From: Verrucomicrobiota bacterium
GTDB lineage: Bacteria > Verrucomicrobiota > Verrucomicrobiia > Opitutales > Opitutaceae
Assembly: GCA_023457035.1 (NCBI GenBank)
Contig: JAEWNN010000136.1
Location: 4,918 to 68,917, forward strand
Direction: 5' to 3'
DNA: 64,000 nt
Position 1 is the first letter of the stretch; the number at the start of each line of letters is the position of its first letter. A program made the translations under genes and the position numbers. Of the stretch, positions 34,999-45,401 are shown piece after piece. The notes beneath the pieces are model-generated. The model was not told the origin of the DNA and did no database searches. It saw nothing but the letters and a program-made list of their open reading frames with translations.

Positions 34999-35814
34999 AT
35001 GCGGTTGATCCCGACAGGTATCCGTTCGTTGCCTGCGCTGACCCGCGCCGGCGCGATGCTCGGCGTGCTCGCCGCGGCAGGACTGGCGCTGCGGCCGCTG
35101 GAGGCGCCCGCCTGGGCGGCGCAGGTGCGGCAGCAGCCGGCGCTGGAGTGGCGCAGCATGGAGGGGGTGATGGGGCAGGGGTTTTCGCTCGGGCTGCTCG
35201 GTGGCTTCCGGGCGCTCGCCGCCGATCTGCTCTGGCTGCGCGCCAACGCCAGTTGGGAGCGTAACGATCTCCCTGGCACGCAGGCGGCGCTGCGGCTGGT
35301 CGGCGCCGTGGACCCGCGGCCGGTGGCGTTCTGGCTCAACGGGGCGCGGATGATCGGCTACGACATGCCGCACTGGCGGATCGAGGCGCTCGGCGGCGAG
35401 GCGTCGTTGCCCGCCACGGTGGTTCGCCACGTGCACGCGGAGCACGCGCGCGCGGCCATCGCACACCTCGAGAAGGCGTTCGCGCACCATCCGGACCATC
35501 CGCTGCTGCACATCGAGATCGCGAACCTGCTCCTGCAGAAGCTCGACGACCGCTCCGGCGCCGCGGAGCGCTACCGGCTGGCCGCGCTCCAGCCGGCGGC
35601 GCCGTTCTACGCGGCGCGCGTGCATGCCGAGCTGTTGCGCCAGTCGGGGCGTGAGCGCGCCGCGTACGAGTGGCTCGTGGCGCTGCATCCCTCGTTGCCG
35701 CCCGAGCGCGCGAATCCCCACGCGATGGCCGACACGGTGCTCGCGCGCATCCGCGAGCTGGAAGAGAAACTCGCCCTCGTGCCGGCGGACCGTTACCAGC
35801 CGGGGCGAAAATGA
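34999..35814 (+). CDS. Membrane-anchored helical-repeat hypothetical protein
   Basis: The ATG at 34999 gives MRLIPTGIRSLPALTRAGAMLGVLAAAGLAL... The stop overlaps the menA start (ATGA). Confidence 0.65.
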   Translation: MRLIPTGIRSLPALTRAGAMLGVLAAAGLALRPLEAPAWAAQVRQQPALEWRSMEGVMGQGFSLGLLGGFRALAADLLWLRANASWERNDLPGTQAALRLVGAVDPRPVAFWLNGARMIGYDMPHWRIEALGGEASLPATVVRHVHAEHARAAIAHLEKAFAHHPDHPLLHIEIANLLLQKLDDRSGAAERYRLAALQPAAPFYAARVHAELLRQSGRERAAYEWLVALHPSLPPERANPHAMADTVLARIRELEEKLALVPADRYQPGRK

Positions 35815-36701
35815 GCGAACGTCCCTCCACGATCCGCATCTGGCTGCTGGCCGCGCGGCCGAAAACGCTGCCGGCCGCGCTGGTGCCCGTGCTGGTGGGC
35901 TCGGCGTTCGCGGCGTACGCCGGGGCGTTCCACTGGGGCGCGGCGACGCTGTGCCTGGGCTTCGCGCTGCTGGTGCAGATCGGGACCAACTTCGCCAACG
36001 ACTACTTCGACTATGTGCAGGGCGCGGACACGGCGCAGCGCGTGGGGCCGGCGCGGGCGGTGGCGTCGGGCTGGGTGACGCCGGGCACGATGCGCACGGC
36101 GATGCTGCTGGTGTTCGCTGCGGCGTTCGCGGTCGGGCTCGGGCTGATCCATTTCGGCGGCTGGGGGCTGCTGCCGCTCGGCGTGTTGTGCATCCTCTGC
36201 GGGATCGCGTACACGGGCGGGCCGTACCCGCTCGGCTACCACGGGTTGGGCGACGTGTTCGTGTTTCTCTTCTTCGGGCTGGTGGCGGTGGGCGCGACGT
36301 TCTGGGTGCAGGCGCACACGCTCACCTGGGAGATGTTGCTCGCGGCGGCGGCGATCGGGGCCCTGGCGGCGAACATCCTGGTCGCGAACAACTATCGCGA
36401 CCGCGTGACCGATGCCGCGGCCGGCAAGCGCACGCTGGTCGTGCGTTTCGGCGAGCGTTTCGGCCGCCTCCAGTACGGCGCGGCGGTGCTGCTCAGCGGT
36501 ACGGTGCCGCTGGTGCTGTGGGCGCGAGGGTTCGGCGCGTGGTCGCTGCTCGGGTTGTGCGCGCTGCCTTGGGGCGTGGGCTGTTGGCGGCAACTGCGAC
36601 CGGCGGCGTCGGCTCCGGCGCTGATCCGGCTGCTCGCCCGCACGGCGGCCCACCTGGCGCTGTTCGGGCTGCTCCTGTCGGCCGGGCTCGCGCTCGGTTG
36701 A
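35811..36701 (+). CDS. menA: 1,4-dihydroxy-2-naphthoate polyprenyltransferase (UbiA superfamily)
   Basis: The protein contains ARPKTLPAALVPVLVG, NFANDYFDYVQGAD, GIAYTGGPYPLGY and NNYRDRVTDAAAGKRTL. Confidence 0.85.
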   Translation: MSERPSTIRIWLLAARPKTLPAALVPVLVGSAFAAYAGAFHWGAATLCLGFALLVQIGTNFANDYFDYVQGADTAQRVGPARAVASGWVTPGTMRTAMLLVFAAAFAVGLGLIHFGGWGLLPLGVLCILCGIAYTGGPYPLGYHGLGDVFVFLFFGLVAVGATFWVQAHTLTWEMLLAAAAIGALAANILVANNYRDRVTDAAAGKRTLVVRFGERFGRLQYGAAVLLSGTVPLVLWARGFGAWSLLGLCALPWGVGCWRQLRPAASAPALIRLLARTAAHLALFGLLLSAGLALG

Positions 36702-36823
36702 GCGGGATCGCCGCCGCGCACCGGCGCGATTCGCGGATAATGCGTGGGACGGGGTTGGCGGGGTGGGGCGGCTTGCGTTTCCCGGTGCGCCGGCGCTTGT
36801 TGCTTCCACCACCGCAAGAACCG

Positions 36824-37936
36824 ATGAACCGTCGCCACTTCCTCAGTGCATCGGCCGCCGCCACGGCCGGGCTGCTCCTCCCCCGTTCGCTGCCGGCACA
36901 GGAGGAGGCGGCCGCAGCGCCTGCGCCGACCGCCCAGCCGAAGATCCCGCGGTGGCGCGGTTTCAACCTCACCGAGCTCACCGGCGGCCGGCGCGGCCAG
37001 CGCTTCCGCCGGAGCGATTTCGAGTGGATGGCGGAGTGGGGCTTCGATTTCGCCCGGCTGCCGATGTCGTACTGGGCGTGGTCGAGCGCGGAGCGCTGGA
37101 TGGAGATCGACGAGCGTGCACTGGCGCCGATCGACGAGGCGATCGAGTGGGGGCGCGAGTTCGGTATCCACATCAACCTGAACTTCCATCGCCTCCCCGG
37201 CTACTGCGTGAACGGCCGCGAACAGGAGCCGGCGCAGTTGTTCGACAGCCCGCGCGAGTCCTTCGACCGGGCGTTGCCGGTGGCCGTGCACCACTGGCGC
37301 ACCTTCGCGCGCCGCTACAAAGGGATCCCGCGCGAGCGGCTCAGTTTCGACCTGTTCAACGAGCCGCCGTTCATGGCCGACCATTCTCGGTACGTGGAGA
37401 CCGCGCGGGCGCTCGTCGCCGCGATCCGCGCCGAGGATCCGGGCCGGTTGATCGTGGCCGACGGCGCCGACATCGGGCAGACGCCCGTGCCGGGGTTGGT
37501 CGACCTCGGACTGGTACAGAGCACGCGCGGCTACCTGCCGAAGATGGTCAGCCACTACACGGCGACCTGGGTGCCGGCCAACGAGTTCGAGTCGACCGAG
37601 CCGCCGGTGTGGCCGATGACCGACAAACACGGCGTGCGTTGGGACCGCGAGAAACTGCGCGCCGAGCTCATCGCGAAGTGGGAGCCGCTCACGCGCCTCG
37701 GGGTGCCGGTGCATGTGGGCGAATGGGGCTGTTTCAACCGCACCCAGCACGCGGCGATGATCGGCTGGATGAGCGACCTGCTCGCGCTCTGGCGGGAGGC
37801 GGGGTGGGGCTGGGCGATGTGGAACCTGCGCGGGGCGTTCGGCGTGGTCGACAGCGGCCGCGACGACGTGAAGTACGACTCGTTCCGCGGCCACAAGCTC
37901 GACCGCGAGTTGCTCGAACTCATCCGCGCGCACTGA
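36824..37936 (+). CDS. Glycoside hydrolase family 5-like enzyme with a Tat signal
   Basis: The sequence begins MNRRHFLSASAAATAGLLLPRSLPAQE. It also contains GFNL...FDFARLP, FDLFNEP (the acid/base NEP) and HVGEWG (the nucleophile E). Confidence 0.8.
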   Translation: MNRRHFLSASAAATAGLLLPRSLPAQEEAAAAPAPTAQPKIPRWRGFNLTELTGGRRGQRFRRSDFEWMAEWGFDFARLPMSYWAWSSAERWMEIDERALAPIDEAIEWGREFGIHINLNFHRLPGYCVNGREQEPAQLFDSPRESFDRALPVAVHHWRTFARRYKGIPRERLSFDLFNEPPFMADHSRYVETARALVAAIRAEDPGRLIVADGADIGQTPVPGLVDLGLVQSTRGYLPKMVSHYTATWVPANEFESTEPPVWPMTDKHGVRWDREKLRAELIAKWEPLTRLGVPVHVGEWGCFNRTQHAAMIGWMSDLLALWREAGWGWAMWNLRGAFGVVDSGRDDVKYDSFRGHKLDRELLELIRAH

Positions 37937-38062
37937 GGCTGTCCCCTGTGGCGCCCCGCTCCCGCGCGGGCGAGGTCCGACCCCGCGGCACTTGGGCTTG
38001 GCGCGGGGCCGGGAAACCCGCTTGCACGGTGGGCCCACCGCCCTAGACCTGCTCGCCGTGAG

Positions 38063-38881
38063 ATGAGCCTCTCCTTTCCCACACGAGCACTCCTCCCGGC
38101 GCGCGGCATGGCCCGCGTGCGGGCGCTTTTCGGCGGCTGGACCGTGCTGGTGCTGCTCTTCTTCTACACGCCGATCCTGTTTCTGGTGGCGTATTCGTTC
38201 AACAGCTCGCGGCTGAACATCGTGTGGGAGGGTTTCACGCTGAAGTGGTACGTGGAGCTCTGGAACGACAACCGCCTGCTCGCGGCGCTGGAGAACAGCC
38301 TGTTCGTGGCCGTGGCCGCCACGGCCCTGTCGATCGTGATCGGCACGACCGGGGCGTGGTTGCTGCATCGCTACCGTTACCGCGGCGTGCGCACGATCGG
38401 CACGCTGGCGTTCATCCCGATGGTGGTGCCGGAGATCATCATGGGCATCAGCCTGCTGGTCTTCTTCAAGACCGTCGGGGTGGGGCTCGGCTACGGCACG
38501 GTGATCGTGGCGCACACGACCTTCTGCTTCCCGTTCGTGATGGCGGCGGTGCAGGCGCGGCTGGCGGGGCTCGATCCCGCGCTGGAGGAGGCGGCGCTCG
38601 ATCTCGGGGCCACGCCGCTGAAGGCGTTCTGGCATGTGATCGTGCCGTACCTGATGCCGGCGATCGTCTCGGGCGGGCTCATGGCGTTCGCGCTCTCGAT
38701 GGACGAGCTCATCGTCACCTATTTCACGTCGAGCTCCTCCTCGGCCACGTTGCCGCTGCGGATCTACGGCATGGCCAAGGTCGGCCTGAATCCGAAGATC
38801 AACGCCCTCTCGACCATCTTCATTGTGGCAACGATCGTGCTGCTGCTCGCCTCCGAATGGGTGAAGCGCCTGCGCCGCTGA
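38063..38881 (+). CDS. potC: Polyamine-type ABC transporter permease (PotC-like)
   Basis: The protein contains SFNSSRLNIVWEGFTLKWY, an EAA loop ([22 protein letters not shown]) and TLPLRIYG. Confidence 0.8.
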   Translation: MSLSFPTRALLPARGMARVRALFGGWTVLVLLFFYTPILFLVAYSFNSSRLNIVWEGFTLKWYVELWNDNRLLAALENSLFVAVAATALSIVIGTTGAWLLHRYRYRGVRTIGTLAFIPMVVPEIIMGISLLVFFKTVGVGLGYGTVIVAHTTFCFPFVMAAVQARLAGLDPALEEAALDLGATPLKAFWHVIVPYLMPAIVSGGLMAFALSMDELIVTYFTSSSSSATLPLRIYGMAKVGLNPKINALSTIFIVATIVLLLASEWVKRLRR

Positions 38882-38916
38882 GCCCGCAACCCGCCGCTAT
38901 TCCTCAACCCAACGAA

Positions 38917-39948
38917 ATGAAGACACGTCTCGGTTCGCTGCTTGCACTCGGGCTGGCCCTCGGCGCCGCCCTCGACCTCTCCGCCGCCCGCAAGGAAGTC
39001 AACCTGTTCGGCTGGTCCGAGTACGTGCCCCAGGAGGTGCTCGACCTGTTCAAGGAGGAGACCGGCATCACGGTGAACTACGAGACCTACGCCTCCAACG
39101 AGGAGATGCTCTCCAAGCTGCTCGGCGGCGCGGGCGACTACGACCTGGTCCAGCCCTCCGAGTACGTGGTCGAGTCGCTGGTGAAGGCCGGCAAGTTGGC
39201 GGAGATCGATTTCGCGAACGTTCCGAATCTCAAGAACATCAACCCCGCGTACCTGCACCGCCCGCATGACCCGGAGCAGAAGTACAGCGTGCCGTACATG
39301 GTCGGTGCGATCAGCATCGTGGTGAACACCGCGCGGGTGAAGGAGCCGGTGACCGGCTTCCAAGATGTCTTCAGCGGCAGATACGCCGGGCGCATCGTTT
39401 CGCTCAACGACAACCGCGAGCTGCTCACCTGGGCGCTGCAGACGCTCGGGCGCGACTTCAACGCGGTCACGCCCGAGAACATCGCCGCGGCCCGCCCGCT
39501 GCTCCAGAAGTGGTTGCCGCAGGTCAAGATCTTCGATTCCGACAGCCCGAAGACCAAGCTGCTCAACGGCGACGTCGACATCGGCATCGTGTGGCCCGGC
39601 GAGGCGGCGATCCTCCACCGCGAGGACAGGAAGTTCGCCTGTATCCTGCCCGTGGAGGGATCGCACGTGACGATCGACAGCCTGGTGATCCCGAAGGAGG
39701 CGCCGCACAAGGCCGAGGCCGAGGCGTTCATCAACTTCATCCTGCGGCCCGAGATCAGCGTGCTCATCTCGCGCGCCTTCCCGTACACCAATCCCAACGC
39801 CGAGGCCTGCAAACTCCTCACTCCGGAGGAACTCGCCAACCCGGCCAGCTTCCCGCCGGGCGTCGAGACGCTGCCGACGTTCAAGGCCATCGGCCAGGCC
39901 GCGGCCCAGGTCGACAAGCTCATCACCGACCTCAAGAGCGGCTCCTGA
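38917..39948 (+). CDS. potD: Polyamine-type ABC substrate-binding protein (PotD/PotF-like)
   Basis: The protein has a signal peptide (MKTRLGSLLALGLALGAALDLSAA) and the motifs VNLFGWSEYVPQEVL..F..ETGI.V, YDLVQPS, YSVPYM and FINFILRPE. Confidence 0.8.
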   Translation: MKTRLGSLLALGLALGAALDLSAARKEVNLFGWSEYVPQEVLDLFKEETGITVNYETYASNEEMLSKLLGGAGDYDLVQPSEYVVESLVKAGKLAEIDFANVPNLKNINPAYLHRPHDPEQKYSVPYMVGAISIVVNTARVKEPVTGFQDVFSGRYAGRIVSLNDNRELLTWALQTLGRDFNAVTPENIAAARPLLQKWLPQVKIFDSDSPKTKLLNGDVDIGIVWPGEAAILHREDRKFACILPVEGSHVTIDSLVIPKEAPHKAEAEAFINFILRPEISVLISRAFPYTNPNAEACKLLTPEELANPASFPPGVETLPTFKAIGQAAAQVDKLITDLKSGS

Positions 39949-39955
39949 TCCACTG

Positions 39956-39991
39956 GGCGGCCGGCCTCGACACGGGCCGGCCGCCGTTTTT
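39956..39991 (+). terminator. Strong hairpin plus T-run between potD-like and potB-like genes (intra-operon attenuator/terminator)
   Basis: The stem is GGCGGCCGGCC-tcgacacg-GGCCGGCCGCC, followed by GTTTTTCTCC. Confidence 0.55.
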
Positions 39992-40004
39992 CTCCTCTCG
40001 CGAA

Positions 40005-40886
40005 ATGTCTGCCCCCCGCGCCTCCACCGACAACTCCGCCGGCGCCCAACGCGCGCCGCGTACGATCGGCTGGTTGCTGCTCACCCCGCTGCTGCTGTGG
40101 CTCACGCTCTTCGTCGTCGTGCCCACGGCGATCCTGTTCGTCTACAGCTTCTGCCAGCGCGACGAGCTGGGGCAGGTGGTCTTCGCGTTCACTCCGACCA
40201 ACTACGCGCGCATCCTCGATCCGGTGTACCTCGGGATCCTCGGCCGCTCCCTCTGGTACGCGGCGCTCACGACCACGTTGTGCCTGGTGATCGGTTACCC
40301 CGTCGCCTATTTCATCGGACGGTCGCCGCCGGCGCGGCGCTCGACGTTGCTGCTGCTGGTGATGATCCCGTTCTGGATCAGCTTCTTGCTGCGCACCTAT
40401 GCGTGGCTCTCGCTGCTCAAGGGCGAGGGCTTGGTCAGCGCGCTGCTGCAGGGGCTGCATCTGCTCACCGGCCCGCTCGACGTCCTCTACTCGCCGACCG
40501 CCGTGATCCTCGGCCTAGTCTACACCTACCTGCCGTTCATGATCCTGCCGATCTTCACCAGCGCGGAGAAGCTGGACAACTCCATGGTCGAGGCGGCGCT
40601 CGATCTCGGTGCGGGCCCGGTGCGCGCCTTCACGCAGGTCATCATTCCGCTCACCAAGCCGGGCATCTTCGCCGGCGTGCTGCTGGTCTTCGTGCCGTCG
40701 ATCGGCATGTTCGCCGTCACCGATTTGATGGGCGGGGCGAAGGTGCCGATGATCGGCAACGTCATCCAGAACCAGTTCGGCCAGGCGCGCGACTGGCCGT
40801 TCGGTGCCGCGCTCGGCATCACCTTCCTCGCGTTGTTCGCGATCACCTTCTGGTTCCTGCACGACCGCGGGGAGGCCCGGCGGTGA
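40005..40886 (+). CDS. potB: Polyamine-type ABC transporter permease (PotB-like)
   Basis: The ATG is at 40005. The protein contains [16 protein letters not shown], an EAA loop ([26 protein letters not shown]) and [12 protein letters not shown]. Confidence 0.8.
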   Translation: MSAPRASTDNSAGAQRAPRTIGWLLLTPLLLWLTLFVVVPTAILFVYSFCQRDELGQVVFAFTPTNYARILDPVYLGILGRSLWYAALTTTLCLVIGYPVAYFIGRSPPARRSTLLLLVMIPFWISFLLRTYAWLSLLKGEGLVSALLQGLHLLTGPLDVLYSPTAVILGLVYTYLPFMILPIFTSAEKLDNSMVEAALDLGAGPVRAFTQVIIPLTKPGIFAGVLLVFVPSIGMFAVTDLMGGAKVPMIGNVIQNQFGQARDWPFGAALGITFLALFAITFWFLHDRGEARR

Positions 40887-40956
40887 ACCCGCGTCGTGGG
40901 CTCCGCCCCAGAGCGCGCTTGCGCCGAATCCCGCTTCCCCGATCCTGATTCCGCCC

Positions 40957-42123
40957 GTGCACGAACATCCCGACACCCAACTCGAATGGGAATTCCGTCT
41001 GCCGCCCGCGCCGCTCGCCGCGGCTCCGGCCGACGTCTCGGCCGCGGTCATGGTCGAGCTGCGCGGTGTCACCAAGAGCTTCGGACCGGTGACCGCCGTC
41101 GACCACGTCGACCTCACGATCCGCAAGGGCGAGTTTCTCACGCTCCTCGGGCCCTCCGGCTGCGGCAAGACCACGCTGCTGCGCCTGCTTGCCGGCTTCG
41201 AGGTGCCGACCGCCGGCGAGATCCTCCTCGAGGGCAAGGACGTGTCGAACATCCCGCCGTACCGGCGCGACGTGAACCAGGTGTTCCAGAGCTATGCGAT
41301 TTTCCCGCACCTGAGCGTCGCGGACAACATCGCGTTTGGGCTGAAGATGCGCCACGTGCCGGCCGCGGAGCGCCGTGCGCGCGTCGAGGAGGCGCTGGAG
41401 TTGGTCTCGCTCGGCGGGCTGGGCAAGCGCCGGCCGCAGGAGCTTTCCGGCGGGCAGCGGCAGCGCGTCGCCCTGGCGCGCGCGCTGGTGTGCCGGCCGA
41501 AGGTGCTGCTGCTCGACGAACCCCTCTCGGCGCTCGACGCCAAACTGCGCCACGCCATGCAGCTCGAGCTCAAGCAGCTCCAGCGGCAGCTGGGCATCAC
41601 CTTCGTCTTCGTCACCCACGACCAGGAGGAGGCGCTGATCATGAGCGACCGCATCGCCGTGATCCATCGCGGGCGCATCGACCAACTGGGCACGGCGACC
41701 GAGATCTACCACTCGCCGGCGAGCGCCTTCACCGCCGATTTCATCGGTGAGGCCAACCTGCTCGACGGCGACATCGTCTCCAGCAACGGCGTGACGGCTC
41801 TCGTCCGGTTGGACGAGGGCGTGGAGGTGATGGTGCGCGCCGCGGCGCTGCGGCCCGGGTCGACCCGCGCGCTGCTCTCGATCCGACCGGAGAAGATCTA
41901 CATCACCCGCACCAAGCCGGCGAAGGACAACTGCTTCAAGGGCGTGATCGAGAACGAGATCTTCCGCGGCGCGATGGACGAGCTGCGCATCCGCGTGGCG
42001 CACAATCTCCAGCTCATGGCCATGGTCGCCAACGAGAGCGCGCACGAGCACGCCTGGCACAAGGGCGACACCGTCTACTGCGCGATCCACACCGACGACA
42101 TCGTCGTGGTGGAGCAGAAGTAG
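40957..42123 (+). CDS. potA: Polyamine-type ABC transporter ATP-binding protein (PotA-like)
   Basis: The protein contains [56 protein letters not shown] and a TOBE-like C-terminus. The start is uncertain: GTG 40957 (used here) or ATG 41050 ([12 protein letters not shown]). Confidence 0.85.
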   Translation: MHEHPDTQLEWEFRLPPAPLAAAPADVSAAVMVELRGVTKSFGPVTAVDHVDLTIRKGEFLTLLGPSGCGKTTLLRLLAGFEVPTAGEILLEGKDVSNIPPYRRDVNQVFQSYAIFPHLSVADNIAFGLKMRHVPAAERRARVEEALELVSLGGLGKRRPQELSGGQRQRVALARALVCRPKVLLLDEPLSALDAKLRHAMQLELKQLQRQLGITFVFVTHDQEEALIMSDRIAVIHRGRIDQLGTATEIYHSPASAFTADFIGEANLLDGDIVSSNGVTALVRLDEGVEVMVRAAALRPGSTRALLSIRPEKIYITRTKPAKDNCFKGVIENEIFRGAMDELRIRVAHNLQLMAMVANESAHEHAWHKGDTVYCAIHTDDIVVVEQK

Positions 42124-42303
42124 GGCGCGGCCGCTCGGCGAGCTGCGCGTCTTCCATCGGCACCTGAGGGTAGGGCGGGACCGCCGGGCCCGCCGAGCGA
42201 ACGGACGACCCGGCGGGGGTGTGCGAGACGAGCCGGGATCGGGCGCGGGCGCGGCGGGAATTTTCGTGCGCCAGGGGCGCGGGCGCGTTCTGCTGGCGGC
42301 ACG

Positions 42304-42975
42304 ATGAGCGCCGTTGAAGACCTTCGCCGCACCGTGGCCCGCCTGCGCGCGCCCGGCGGTTGCCCCTGGGATATCGAGCAGACGCACCAGTCGCTGGCCG
42401 TCTGCCTGATCGAGGAGTGTGCCGAGTTGCTCGACACGATCGACCGGCTCGACATGGAGCACATGCGCGAGGAGCTCGGCGACGTGCTCATCCAGGTCGT
42501 CTTCCATGCGCAGCTCGCCGAGGAAAAGGGGCTGTTCGACCTCGAGGCCGTGGCGCGCGAGATCAACGAGAAGCTCATCCGCCGGCATCCCCACGTCTTC
42601 GGCACCGGAAAACTGGACACCTCGGCCCAGGTGATCACGCAGTGGGAGCAGATCAAGGCGACCGAGAAGAAGAACGGCAACCAGCCCGTGGCGACCGGCG
42701 TGTTCAAGCGCCAGCCGCCCGCGCTGCCCTCGCTGCTCAACGCGCTGGAGGTCTACAAGCAGATCCACAAGAAGAAGCTCCCCGCCTCCGGCGTGATCGA
42801 CGAGGCGCGTGTCGCCCAGCTCGCCGACGGCCTGACCGAGGCCGAGGCGGGGCGGAAACTTTTCGAACTCGCCGCGGCCTGCCGCCAGGCGGGGATCGAC
42901 CCGGAGTCCGCGCTGCGGCGCGAGACGTTGCGCGTGACCACGGACGTCGAGGCGCAGGCGAAGGCCCAGGCCTGA
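42304..42975 (+). CDS. mazG: Nucleoside triphosphate pyrophosphohydrolase MazG
   Basis: The protein contains LRAPGGCPWDIEQTHQSL, EECAELLDTI, EELGDVL and KLIRRHPHVFG. Confidence 0.9.
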   Translation: MSAVEDLRRTVARLRAPGGCPWDIEQTHQSLAVCLIEECAELLDTIDRLDMEHMREELGDVLIQVVFHAQLAEEKGLFDLEAVAREINEKLIRRHPHVFGTGKLDTSAQVITQWEQIKATEKKNGNQPVATGVFKRQPPALPSLLNALEVYKQIHKKKLPASGVIDEARVAQLADGLTEAEAGRKLFELAAACRQAGIDPESALRRETLRVTTDVEAQAKAQA

Positions 42976-43005
42976 GCACCCGGCGCGGCGAATCCCTCCG
43001 GCCCC

Positions 43006-43959
43006 ATGGGCGACCACGCGGACGAATCCGACCCAACGGCGCTGCTGCCGGCGGTCGCCGCGGAGTGGCTGCAGCCATGGCTCGACCACCTCGCGCTGGA
43101 GCGGCGCTGCTCGCCGTACACGGTACGCAACTACCGGCAGGCGTTCGAGGACTTCCACCGCTGGCTGCGCGGGGCGGGCCTGGCGGAGCGGGCCTTCGAC
43201 TCGTTCGACCAGCGTGCGATGCGCGACTTCGTTATCGAGGCGCAGCGGCGGTTCGACCGGCGGACGTTGCACAACCACGTCTCGGGCCTGCGGGCGTTCT
43301 ACCGGTTCTGGATGCGGCGAGGGAAGCTGGACCGGAATCCGTTCACCGGGGTGGCGCTGCCCAAGCTCGAGAAGCGGCTGCCGAAGTTTCTCACCGAGAA
43401 GCAGGCCGATGCGCTGCTCACCGCGCCGATGCGGCGGCTGGAGGCCGGCGAGGGCGATGCGTTCGAGTGCTGGCGCGACCGGCTCGCGCTGGAGCTGCTC
43501 TACGGCGCCGGGCTGCGCATCAGCGAGCTGTGCGGGCTCAACTACGGGATGATCGATCTCGGGGAGGGCGTGGCGCGCGTGCTCGGCAAGGGCCGCAAGG
43601 AGCGGATCTGCCCGATCGGGGCGGTGGCGAAGACGGTGCTGGAGCGGTTCCGCTCCGAGTTCGCGCCCGCCAAGGGGCCCGCCGATCCGGTGATCGTCGG
43701 CGCGCAGGGACGGCGGCTCACGCCGACGGCCGTGCAGCTCATGATGAAGCGTTACCTCGCGCTCTGCGGCCTGCCGATGGACCTCACGCCGCACAAGCTC
43801 CGCCACTCGTTCGCCACGCACCTGCTCGACCGCGGCGCCGACCTGCGGCTCGTCCAGGAACTGCTCGGTCACTCCAAGCTCACGACCACGCAGATCTACA
43901 CCCATGTGACGATCGCGCGGTTGAAGGATGTGTATCGGCAAGCCCACCCGCGGGCGTGA
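43006..43959 (+). CDS. Tyrosine recombinase, XerC/XerD family
   Basis: The N-terminal SAM-like domain contains LERRCSPYTVRNYRQAF. The catalytic signature is ELLYGAGLRISE...HKLRHSFATHLLDRGADLRLVQELLGHSKLTTTQIYTHV. Confidence 0.9.
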   Translation: MGDHADESDPTALLPAVAAEWLQPWLDHLALERRCSPYTVRNYRQAFEDFHRWLRGAGLAERAFDSFDQRAMRDFVIEAQRRFDRRTLHNHVSGLRAFYRFWMRRGKLDRNPFTGVALPKLEKRLPKFLTEKQADALLTAPMRRLEAGEGDAFECWRDRLALELLYGAGLRISELCGLNYGMIDLGEGVARVLGKGRKERICPIGAVAKTVLERFRSEFAPAKGPADPVIVGAQGRRLTPTAVQLMMKRYLALCGLPMDLTPHKLRHSFATHLLDRGADLRLVQELLGHSKLTTTQIYTHVTIARLKDVYRQAHPRA

Positions 43960-44072
43960 GCGGCGCTGGTGCCGTGGGCGGCTGCCGCCGGGAAGATTCG
44001 CCGATGGCGTGGCAATGCATCCGGAAGGTTCCGGCGTTGTCCGGGATGGGACGAAGCGCCTGAGTGGCGCAC

Positions 44073-45329
44073 ATGGCTTCCTCCGACAGCCCTGCCGCGC
44101 CCGGTCCCGCCGCTGAGCGCATTTCCCTGATCGACGCCTTGCGCGGCTCCGCGCTGGTCGGGCTGTTCGCAGTGCACTGCGTCGAGCATTTCGAGCTTAC
44201 GCTCTACCCCGAGAACCGGTCGGCGCTGATGCTGCAGCTCGATACCTGGGCGAATTCGACGGCGTTCTTCCTCTTCAGCGGCAAGGCGTACGCGATCTTT
44301 GCGATGATGTTCGGCGTGAGCTTCATGTTGCTGCTCCAAAGCTGGACGAAGAAGGGCATCGACGTGTTCACGCGTTTCCCGTGGCGGCTCACGCTGCTGG
44401 CCGCGTTCGGGTACCTGAACGGCATCCTCTACAGCGGCGACATTCTGCTCGTGCTGGCGCTGCTCGGACTGCCGCTCGTGCTGATCTACCGGCTGCCCGA
44501 CAAGGTGCTCGGCTGGCTCGCGGCGCTGCTGCTCCTACAGATTCCGACCGCGGTGTACGCGATCCATTGTCTGCGGAGCCCGGGAACCGAGCTGCCGCAG
44601 CCGCTGCATTGGGGAATTTTCGGGCAGGTGCGCGCGGCGCAGGCCGGCGACTCGTGGCCCGCGCTCGCCTCGCTGCTGGCGGGCCGCGGACAACTGATGC
44701 GGTTGCTTTTCACCTACGAGACGGGGCGCTACCTCCAGATGCTCGGGCTGTTCGTGTGCGGCCTGCTCATCGGGCGGCATCAGCTCCTCGCGCAGGCGGG
44801 GGCGGCCCGGCGGTTTGCGTGGCGAGCGCTGCTTCTCGGGGCGGTCGGCTTTGCGGTTTTTCTACCGCTCAAGCTCATGCTGCCGCTGTGGGGCGTGGAC
44901 GGCATGCGGGCGTACTACGTGAACAACTGGATCGGCGCCTACGCCAACCTCGCGCAGATGGCGATCTGGGTGGGCGGCTTCGTCCTGCTCTATCTGCACG
45001 GCGGCTGGCGGCGGGCGCTCGACTGGTTCGTGCCGCTGGGCCGCATGAGTCTCACCGCGTACGTCTCGCAGGCGGCGTTCTTCGTGCCGCTGTTCTACGG
45101 GTTCGGCCTCGGGCTGTATCGGCAGCTCGGGCAGTTCCACAGCCTCCTGCTCGGGCTCGGGTTCATTGTCGTGCAGGCCGCGTTGGCCAAGCTTTGGCTG
45201 AGAAACTTCCACTACGGCCCGCTGGAGTGGCTCTGGCGCGCCGGCACGATCCGGTCGTGGCAGGTGCCGTTTCGGCGGATCTCGCCGCAGGAGCAAAGCG
45301 TGCCCGCGGTGGTGCCGGCCGGAAGATAA
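44073..45329 (+). CDS. DUF418/YeiB-like membrane protein
   Basis: The protein contains RISLIDALRGSALVGLF, many TM segments, and the C-terminal YGPLEWLWR motif typical of DUF418. The ATG is at 44073; the track start at 44064 is GTG. Confidence 0.8.
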   Translation: MASSDSPAAPGPAAERISLIDALRGSALVGLFAVHCVEHFELTLYPENRSALMLQLDTWANSTAFFLFSGKAYAIFAMMFGVSFMLLLQSWTKKGIDVFTRFPWRLTLLAAFGYLNGILYSGDILLVLALLGLPLVLIYRLPDKVLGWLAALLLLQIPTAVYAIHCLRSPGTELPQPLHWGIFGQVRAAQAGDSWPALASLLAGRGQLMRLLFTYETGRYLQMLGLFVCGLLIGRHQLLAQAGAARRFAWRALLLGAVGFAVFLPLKLMLPLWGVDGMRAYYVNNWIGAYANLAQMAIWVGGFVLLYLHGGWRRALDWFVPLGRMSLTAYVSQAAFFVPLFYGFGLGLYRQLGQFHSLLLGLGFIVVQAALAKLWLRNFHYGPLEWLWRAGTIRSWQVPFRRISPQEQSVPAVVPAGR

Positions 45330-45401
45330 ACGGCGTCTCCGAGAACCGATGATGCGGTGACGGACCGGATTCCGTGTGGACGCCGCCGGCGGCGCAGCAG
45401 C

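Noticed and set aside
43006-43959. The tyrosine recombinase as the integrase of the nearby low-GC island (46981-49399).
   Set aside because: It has the XerC/XerD-type N-terminal domain and C-terminal signature and normal GC. It sits after mazG among housekeeping genes and is separated from the island by four ordinary genes. No att-like duplication links the two. This cannot be fully excluded without phylogeny.
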